From the NCBI GenBank assembly GCA_963847595.1, contig CAWKAJ010000001.1:759263-823262 (forward strand): a stretch of DNA of 64,000 bases, read 5' to 3'. The DNA is from an uncultured Chloroflexia bacterium. Lineage in GTDB: Bacteria > Chloroflexota > Dehalococcoidia > SZUA-161. The translations under genes and the position numbers were made by a program. Below the pieces are notes generated by a model. That model worked only from the letters and a program-made list of their open reading frames with translations, had not been told where the DNA came from and did no database searches. Of the stretch, positions 57,554-64,000 are shown in pieces; the stretch's first letter is position 1; each line of letters starts with the position of its first letter.

Positions 57554-60262
57554 TCACGAGAGCCTGATTCGGGCATCGACTACCGCATACCCGCGTTCCA
57601 ATGCCTTCAACGGATTAAGGTCCATCTCCATTATCTGCGGAAAATCTTCTACCATCGCCGAAACCCTCAGCAAGAGTTCCTCAAGCGCCTTTATGTCGGA
57701 GGGCTTCGCCCCTCTCCAGCCTTCGAGGAGTCGATAGGCTTTGATAGAACGCACCATCTCCTGAGCATCGATATCTGACAGCGGATGAATGCGAAACACG
57801 GCGTCTTTGAACAGCTCGGTATAAATGCCGCCCATGCCGAACATGATAAGCGGACCGAAAGACGGGTCCTGGGTTACACCGACGATCACCTCGACTCCCT
57901 CCGTCACCATCTTCTGAACGAGCACCCCGTCCATCTCACCTTCTTTTGAGATACGGGCCAGGCGCTCCTTTATCTGAAGGAAAGCCCCCCGTGCCTCATC
58001 CTCCGAATGGACATCCAGGACCACGCCGCCAACCTCCGTCTTATGGATTATTGTCCTGGAGACGAGTTTCACCGCGACGGGAAAGCCCATCGCCTTGGCT
58101 GCCTTCATCGTCTCCTCAGCCGTCCTGGCCGTCTTCGATTCCACCACACGAACGCCATAGCACCCCAGTAGTTCGTTGACGGAATCAGCGTCAAGCCAGA
58201 AGGGGCGAGCCTGGTCTTGCTTCAATGCTGAATTCACTATCTGCTCAGCCCGCTTCTTATCGATACCCGCCAGTTCCGGGATTGTCCCCTTCGGTCTCCT
58301 CAGCCATTCGCCGTACTCGCAAGCCGCAGCGAGTGCAGTAGCAGTAGCCTCCGGGAAGGTAAAGGAAGGGACATAACCCTCCTCGCGAGAGCCCAGCTCT
58401 ATGGAGGCGCCGCGCGAGCCCATGAACGAAGCCAGAAGAGTCTTGCCGCGCTGTCGGAACTGCGGCGCAACCTCCCGAATGGCACTGGCTACCGCTTCCG
58501 CCTGCGTAACTATGGGCGGGATGAAGATAACTATCACTATGTCTATGCTCTCGTCCTGCGCCATGAGATTGAGAGCTTTCCTGTATTGCTCGGCAGTAGC
58601 TTCGGCAGTCATATCGATAGGGTTAGTGACATTAGCCCGGGGCGGCAGGAAAGTCTCCAGCTCTGAAATGGTCTTCTCGGAGAGGACAGGCAATTCAATG
58701 CCCCTCGCCGCACAGGCGTCCGCAGTCATTATCCCCGGCCCGCCGCCGTTGGTAATTATGGCCAGTCTTCTCCCCGACGGTATGGGCTGGTGAGTTAGCA
58801 GGTTCGCCACATCGAACAGCTCCTCCAGCGTATCCACACGGATGAGGCCTGCCTGCCAGAACAGGGCTCCCGCAAGCACCTCGGTGGTGGCCAGCGCCCC
58901 CGTATGCGATGCGGCAGCCCTGGAGCCTGCTGAAGTGCGCCCGCTCTTCACCGCTATTACCGGCTTGGTCTCTGCCACGCTGCGGGCTATGCGAGCGAAT
59001 TTTCGGGGATTGCCGAAAGATTCCAGGTAAAGCAGGATGACGTGAGTAGCCGGGTCTTCTTGCCAGTACTGGAGGAGGTCATTGTTCGATACGTCAGCCC
59101 TGTTCCCCAGGCTGACGAAGGTCGACAGCCCCAAATTCAGGCTTTGCGCATATTCCAGAATGGCAAGCCCCAGGGCGCCGCTCTGGGTGCCGAAGGCGAC
59201 GCTTCCCGCAGGAGGGTAGACCAGGGAGAAAGTGGCATTCATATTGACATTCTTACCGGTATTTATTATCCCCATACAATTTGGGCCGACCAGACGCATC
59301 CCGTATGCGCGAGCTGTCTCCAGCAGTTTTCTCTCCTCCTCCTTGCCTTCGGAACCGCTTTCCCCGAAGCCGGCCGATACTATTACAACGCCGCGCACAC
59401 CCTTTCGCCCGCACTGCTCCAGGACCTGATGCACTCCCTCTGCTGGAACAATAATCACTGCCAGGTCTACATCTCCCACAATGTCGAGAACGGACGGATA
59501 CACCTTGACCGAAGCCACCATCTCGGCATTCGGGTTCACCGGATATGCAATTCCGTTGAAACCCTGCAGCAGCAAATTGCGGAACAGCGTATGGCCTATA
59601 CTCCCCTCTCTTCGCGAAGCGCCGATAACAGCTATGGAGCGGGGCGCGAGAAAAGCTCTTAGAGAAGCTATAGTGGCGACTTTCTCCCGCTCAGCGGACT
59701 TCTCTTCCACCGCAGGAGTCGGTGCAATATCCAGAACCACGCGGTAAACGCCTGAGTCGACCTGGTTCGCTACCCGGAAGCCGCTGTCCCTCATCACATT
59801 CATCATTTGCTCGTTCTCCACCAGCACCTCAGCCTCAAAACGCCTTATCTTTTTCTCTCTCGCTATCGTGGCCAACTGCTCCAGCAACTGGGTCCCGATG
59901 CCTCTCTGCTGGTACGCATCCTCGACCACCAGGGCCATCTCGGCAGCATCGCCCTTGGGAAGCCGCGCATAGCGTCCCACAGCGATAATTTTCTCCTCAG
60001 CCTCCTCCCCGGAAGTTGCCACCAGGGCAAAAGTATTATCGTAATCTACGGTGCAGAAGCGCCGTGCTTGCTCTTTAGGCAGATTTGTCAAGACCTGGTG
60101 AAACCTCAGATAGATAGTATGGGGGCTCATGCGATAGAAAAAAGCGAGCAGTCTCTCCTCGTCATCCTGCCGGATGGGCCGCAGATGTAAAGTAGCGCCA
60201 TCCTTGAGTATTACTGCTGTCTCGTATTTGTCCAGGCTATTGTCGCTCGGATTTCCAGTCAT
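57554..60262 (-). CDS. Bifunctional GNAT acetyltransferase / ADP-forming acyl-CoA synthetase-like protein (Pat-like, GNAT at the N-terminus)
   Basis: N-terminal GNAT (QQRGIGTQLLEQL), a CoA-binding domain (IAVIGASRREGSIGH), a ligase-CoA domain and a C-terminal ATP-grasp. 902 aa. Confidence 0.85.
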   Translation of the reverse strand: MTGNPSDNSLDKYETAVILKDGATLHLRPIRQDDEERLLAFFYRMSPHTIYLRFHQVLTNLPKEQARRFCTVDYDNTFALVATSGEEAEEKIIAVGRYARLPKGDAAEMALVVEDAYQQRGIGTQLLEQLATIAREKKIRRFEAEVLVENEQMMNVMRDSGFRVANQVDSGVYRVVLDIAPTPAVEEKSAEREKVATIASLRAFLAPRSIAVIGASRREGSIGHTLFRNLLLQGFNGIAYPVNPNAEMVASVKVYPSVLDIVGDVDLAVIIVPAEGVHQVLEQCGRKGVRGVVIVSAGFGESGSEGKEEERKLLETARAYGMRLVGPNCMGIINTGKNVNMNATFSLVYPPAGSVAFGTQSGALGLAILEYAQSLNLGLSTFVSLGNRADVSNNDLLQYWQEDPATHVILLYLESFGNPRKFARIARSVAETKPVIAVKSGRTSAGSRAAASHTGALATTEVLAGALFWQAGLIRVDTLEELFDVANLLTHQPIPSGRRLAIITNGGGPGIMTADACAARGIELPVLSEKTISELETFLPPRANVTNPIDMTAEATAEQYRKALNLMAQDESIDIVIVIFIPPIVTQAEAVASAIREVAPQFRQRGKTLLASFMGSRGASIELGSREEGYVPSFTFPEATATALAAACEYGEWLRRPKGTIPELAGIDKKRAEQIVNSALKQDQARPFWLDADSVNELLGCYGVRVVESKTARTAEETMKAAKAMGFPVAVKLVSRTIIHKTEVGGVVLDVHSEDEARGAFLQIKERLARISKEGEMDGVLVQKMVTEGVEVIVGVTQDPSFGPLIMFGMGGIYTELFKDAVFRIHPLSDIDAQEMVRSIKAYRLLEGWRGAKPSDIKALEELLLRVSAMVEDFPQIMEMDLNPLKALERGYAVVDARIRLS

Positions 60263-60390
60263 CGGTGCACTTCCTCCTCCTTCACCACACTCAACGCAGC
60301 CTCACCGGAAGTATCGGGCTGGCCACATTGCATTAGAAACAGATGCACCTAATCATACATTACATGTCAAGTTCAGAAAAGGAGGACAAA

Positions 60391-60660
60391 GCAATCTCCT
60401 CGTACTCGATAACGTTTCACATGTCATTGCGAGAAGTCCGCCTCTGGCGGACGACGAGGCAATCTCCCCGTACTCGATAACGTTTCACATGTCATTGCGA
60501 GGAGTCCCCTCTGGCGGACGACGTGGCAATCTCCCCGTACTCGATAACGTTTCACATGTCATTGCGAGGAGTCCCCTCTGGCGGATGACGTGGCAATCTC
60601 CTCGTACTCGATAACGTTTCACATGTCATTGCGAGAAATCCGCCTCTGGCGGATGCCACC
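60391..60660 (+). repeat. Tandem repeat, 4 x 67-68 bp
   Basis: Units start at 60391, 60459, 60526 and 60593. Unit: GCAATCTCCyCGTACTCGATAACGTTTCACATGTCATTGCGAGrAGTCC(G)CCTCTGGCGGAyGACGwG. Confidence 0.95.
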
Positions 60661-60949
60661 TATCAAGAAAATAGAAGACTTAGGCTTCTGTGTGTCATTC
60701 TGGGATGAGCAATGGCCACCGACAATAACACTAGAATCCGGTATCATAGTACTCGGAGTCGAACTTTGGGTCAAGCGACTCGCTGCCGTCGCTTTAGAGA
60801 ATAGTGTATTTCACGGCACAGAAAAGGTTAGCCCGCTACCTCGTTAGGCTAGCCTTCTTTGCCACCTTTCTCAGAGAACTCGCTTTATGAAATAGGCTCT
60901 ATTGTGACTTTCATGGGTTGCGGGTTGCCGCGCTCTTTAACCTGCTCTT

Positions 60950-61168
60950 TCACGGGGTAAGGACCAGGCTTCGCCTTGCGGGTTCCTTCTCCTCCTCTTT
61001 GCTAATCAGACCTGCCTTCCTGGCTGCACTGCAAGTATTGCTGTCATCATGAGTCAGGCCATTGTCATCAACAAAGATTATGGAGTTCGCCTTGAATAGC
61101 TTCTCTCTACTCCTGGCCGCATTCAGTCGCTGAAATCATTCCATAGCACCATCCTCTGTCTTATCCAT
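60950..61168 (-). pseudogene. Degenerate paralog of the small gene at 62460-62786 (in-frame TGA; the original start is frameshifted)
   Basis: MDKTEDGAME*FQRLNAARSREKLFKANSIIFVDDNGLTHDD...ARKAGLISKEEE aligns to MTEDGYMRLNAARDKEKALKDKPIVFVDDHGEVHDD...AREAGLLAKEKE. Confidence 0.65.
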
Positions 61169-61247
61169 GCCAAAAATTAGCCATTCGACATCGCTACCTC
61201 CTCTGACTCAGCATGAGTCAGCCCATGACACCAGCCCTTCTGTTTTT

Positions 61248-61275
61248 AGATTAACCCACTTTTTCGGTTTGTCAC
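61248..61275 (-). promoter_or_regulatory. Sigma70-like promoter module (GTGACA-N16-TAATCT) upstream of the degenerate small gene
   Basis: One of three copies of the same ~40-nt block. The others are at 62937-62964 and 63097-63124. Confidence 0.5.
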
Positions 61276-61418
61276 GTTCGAAACCTTTTTATTAGCGTGA
61301 ACGTATTGCATAATTTTCGTGAGTCACTGACCTGCAATAGTCGTACGGAACGTATTTATCAGTGACCTGTCGATACTAATTTATCATGAGTTGACAATGA
61401 CGAAAAAGAAGGAAGATT

Positions 61419-62523
61419 AGGCTTAGGAGGCCCACACGGATGGATGGGATATTTTGATGGGAATCGTGAACATCGTTCCTAGCCTACTCCTATCATTTGC
61501 TATGGCGGCCGGGCATCGTGACGAGGTTATGGTGTGATATCAGAAATTCTCCAGAAATTGAACGTGATGTCGTCCGTCTGTCCGTCCATTTGATATTTGA
61601 ACGATTTGGGCGAATTTGAACAGGCATTTCGGCGCATCACAGCTTCAGGGAACAACTATACCTGCCACATGGAGGAAACAGTGGGCTAATGGACTCGACT
61701 TTTGGACGTCGTAGCGACGTCGTAATTGAAGCTAAAAGTCCAACCGTCTGTTGACCATTTGAGCGGGTTTGCGGGCATGGTAAACGACATTTCGGCGGCC
61801 CCCACGTTCACGACGACTTTTTCGACTTTGGACTTTGGGGAGTGGAAAGTCCTAGGACTTTTCAGTTTCTACGTCCAAGTCGTGAAGTCGTCATTTGCCT
61901 ATTCTTTTAACATCTGGACGCTCCTGGACGGCGCTTTTTGGCGAACCACAGCACCCTGTTTGACATGGCCTAAGAACGCGTAAGGCTTAAAAGAAGAAGC
62001 CTACAATGGATGGATGGGCTATTTTAATGGGCATCGTGAACATCGTTGCCAGGCTGCCCCTATCATTTGCCATGGTGGCCGGGCATCGTGACGAGGTCAT
62101 GGTGTTATATCAGAAATTCTCCAGAAATTGAACGTGATTTCATCCGTCTGTCCGTCCATCTATCCCTTTGACATTTGAACGGATTTGGACGAATTTGAAC
62201 AGGCATTTCGGCGCACCACAGCTTCAGGGAACAACTATACCTTCCACATGGAGGAAATAGTGGGCTAATGGACTCGACTTTTGGACGTCGTAACGACGTC
62301 GTAATTGAAGCTAAAAGTCCAACCGCCTGTTGGCCATTTGAGCGGGTTTGCGGGCATGGTAAACGACATTTCGGCGGCCCCCACGTTCACGACGACTTTT
62401 TCGACTTTGGACTTTGGGGAGTCGAAAGTCCAGGACTTTTCAGGTTTCTATGTCCAAGTCTACCGCTCCATCCCTTTGGCATCTGGACGCTCCTGGACGG
62501 CGCATTTTGGCGGACCACAGCAG
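61419..62523 (+). repeat. Large tandem direct repeat, 2 copies of ~565 bp (61419-61982 and 61983-62523), apparently non-coding
   Basis: GGATGGATGGG anchors at 61438 and 62008 (570-bp period). About 90% identity with indels that break every ORF frame. Confidence 0.9.
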
Positions 62524-62786
62524 GTCGTTTGGCAAACCGCAGAAACTTGAAGGAAAATCGAGATGAGGACCGGCCCCTGGGCTTCCTTTTCCTTCGCCAG
62601 CAGTCCGGCTTCTCTGGCATCCGAGACGTTATGGACGTCGTCGTGGACTTCGCCATGGTCGTCAACAAAGACAATGGGTTTATCCTTGAGTGCCTTCTCT
62701 TTGTCCCTGGCCGCGTTGAGGCGCATGTAGCCGTCCTCGGTCATCTCCTCTTTCTTGTCTGTGCCCTGAATCATCCACGTTGCCAT
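62460..62786 (-). CDS. Small hypothetical protein (conserved part about 75 aa; the ORF tail runs into the large repeat)
   Basis: AAGGAGG RBS. A paralogous remnant lies at 60950-61168. No family recognised. Confidence 0.55.
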   Translation of the reverse strand: MATWMIQGTDKKEEMTEDGYMRLNAARDKEKALKDKPIVFVDDHGEVHDDVHNVSDAREAGLLAKEKEAQGPVLISIFLQVSAVCQTTCCGPPKCAVQERPDAKGMER

Positions 62787-62836
62787 GGTGGCCTCCTTGT
62801 GATATCACACTGAATATCACATAGCTTTGATTTATT

Positions 62837-63168
62837 CCTCCGGCGGCCCCCCGGACAAAAAGAAAGGGCTGGCCTAACTACCTGTCCGAGGAAGTGCCAC
62901 CCTTTTTTTAACTTGTATTTTTAGATCGGTACTTTTAGCTTAACCTACTTTTTGACGATGTCAAGCGACCTATTTTTGATATCAGGACCTTGTCTGCGCT
63001 GATATCAGCCTCCGGCGGCACTCCCGGGGCAAAAAGAAAGCGGCAGCTAAACTTCCTGCCCCAGGAAGTGCTGCCGCTTTTCTATCTTGTATTTTTAGAT
63101 TAACCCAGTTTTTCGACTTGTCAAGCGACCCGTTTTTGATATCAGGACCTTATCTGCGCTGATATCAG
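62837..63168 (+). repeat. Tandem duplication of a 160-172 bp module (hairpin + promoter-like block + paired TGATATCA palindromes)
   Basis: Module 1 at 62837-63008 and module 2 at 63009-63168. Hairpins at 62863-62908 and 63037-63080 carry compensatory stem changes. Confidence 0.85.
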
Positions 63169-63398
63169 GGCTGATATTATGGCTGATATCAGGGTCCTAT
63201 CTGCGCTGATATCATACTTGATATCAGGATCTTAACAGGGCTGATATCATGATATTTGGCTGAAATTTTACCACAAATTTTCCCACATTTTTATTCAAAA
63301 TGTGAAACTATTTTGTCAGCATTTTCACGGACATTTCAGCAGATTTTAGCTGAAAATTATTCTGATATCAGACTGATATCAGCGATTTTTATACTTTT

Positions 63399-63570
63399 CA
63401 TCCGTCCGCTATTTGAACAGATTTGGACTCTGCTGAACGGCGCATTTCGGCGAACCACAGCACCCTGTTTGACATGGCCTAAGAACGCGTAAGGCTTAAA
63501 AGAAGAGGCCTACAATGGATGGATAGGATATTTTGATGGGCATCGTCGACATCGCTCCCAGGCTGCCCCT
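63399..63570 (+). repeat. Partial third copy of the ~565-bp repeat (internally deleted; spans the end/start junction)
   Basis: ...CGGCGAACCACAGCACCCTGTTTGACATGGCCTAAGAACGCGTAAGGCTTAAAAGAAGAGGCCTACAATGGATGGATAGG... matches 61940-62070. Confidence 0.85.
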
Positions 63571-64000
63571 TGAGAAATTCTTGCAGCGGAACCCGGTTAA
63601 AGACTTCGACCAATTCGCACAGAGCCTTGAAAAGAAGGGGCTGCTAACTGAACCAGCGGTCGTGAGTCGGAGTCCTCGGTTTGGTACAACGAACAGGTAG
63701 GCGGGAAGCTGCTCAGTATCCTTTTCTCCAGGAACGAGTCTTTTATTCGTTGACTCCCAGGGAAAACCAGCCGTGCTGCCCTGGGCAGACCCGATAGCCG
63801 CCAGTCATCCTGAGTTCCGTTGACAAGGTTTTAACTGAATCTACCTCAATTCCCATATTTCCGAAGCTAACTATCACCAAAACTACGATTTTCAGCTTCA
63901 ATTGAAGAACTAGCTACTTCTTTTTATATACAAAAGGTACTTTTGTAAAGTATGCTGTTCACAGAGCTATGTTTCGAGAGTGCAAATAGCTTCAGCACAT

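Noticed and set aside
60391-60660. Possible CRISPR array, based on regularly spaced repeated sequence.
   Set aside because: The whole 67-68 bp unit repeats head to tail with only SNPs. There are no unique spacers between repeats and no cas genes in the window, so it is a plain tandem repeat.
60740-60800. tRNA-like T-arm (GGAGTCGAAC...) suggesting a tRNA gene or an integration site.
   Set aside because: No cloverleaf can be drawn. The putative T-stem arms are not complementary, and there is no acceptor stem or anticodon arm.
60174-60847. Plus-strand ORFs 60174-60614 and 60590-60847 running through the 67-bp array.
   Set aside because: The 67-bp period is not a multiple of 3, so the ORF simply reads the same DNA in all three frames (..VIARSPPLADDEAISPYSITFHMSLRGVPSGGRRGNLPVLDNVSHVIARSP..). 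It is an artefact of stop-free repeat DNA.
61726-63492. ORFs 61726-61983, 62268-62813, 62305-62550 and 63256-63492, which share peptide segments (IWTLLDGAFWRTTAPCLTWPKNA).
   Set aside because: The shared peptides come from repeated DNA. Between copies the reading frame is broken by indels, the starts are TTG without an RBS, and the composition is not protein-like. I treated them as non-coding.

Overview
A 64 kb bacterial chromosomal segment of about 53-55% GC. The gene content suggests an anaerobe: tungsten/molybdenum AOR-family oxidoreductase, rubredoxin, GYD, DUF3786-like, several radical SAM enzymes. It may be Chloroflexota-like, but taxonomy cannot be established from this window. I found no rRNA, tRNA, CRISPR array, transposase or integrase.

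Gene content by region:
- 0-5.8 kb: small redox and hydrolase genes.
- 6.2-9.5 kb: a translationally coupled four-gene operon, made of two small proteins, a Tes/MJ0619-like radical SAM enzyme and a PaaK/F390-synthetase-like adenylating enzyme.
- 9.5-11.8 kb: a TetR + MFS pair with palindromic operators.
- 12-14 kb: an AOR-family oxidoreductase.
- 21.7-28.6 kb: an acyl-CoA cluster with an acyl-CoA ligase, Sir2 deacylase, two enoyl-CoA hydratases, a TPP lyase/decarboxylase-like enzyme and a formyltransferase.
- 28.7-29.9 kb and 37.6-38.5 kb: two InlB-B-repeat surface proteins.
- 38.7-42.7 kb: an arsenic/metal island with a Cys-rich protein, ArsR, two tandem small paralogs, ACR3 and CDF.
- 42.7-54.5 kb: a long minus-strand envelope/efflux block with ABC-2, HtrA, HK/RR, MacAB-HlyD and a second FtsX-type ABC.
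- 55.3-60.3 kb: malic enzyme, LysE and a GNAT + ADP-forming acyl-CoA synthetase (Pat-like).

The least ordinary content is non-coding:
1. A ~100-130 nt triple-hairpin repeat in six intergenic copies, all in the same orientation.
2. A bipartite 48-nt motif (AAGAAGTCATAAAAT-N27/28-ACATTT) in four copies, each upstream of a minus-strand gene or operon.
3. A short hairpin motif (ACATCCCnnTGTT...TGGT) that brackets small cassette-like genes at 33.4-35.9 kb.
4. A 3.7 kb repeat-dense, essentially gene-poor region at 60.3-64.0 kb. It holds a 67-bp x4 tandem array, a ~565-bp tandem duplication plus a partial third copy, twelve GATATC-core palindromes, and three copies of a promoter-like module (two followed by a compensated terminator-like hairpin, one by a different palindrome) in front of a small gene family.

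Several genes are disrupted: two by 1-nt frameshifts, three by in-frame TGA codons, and one is a truncated duplicate.
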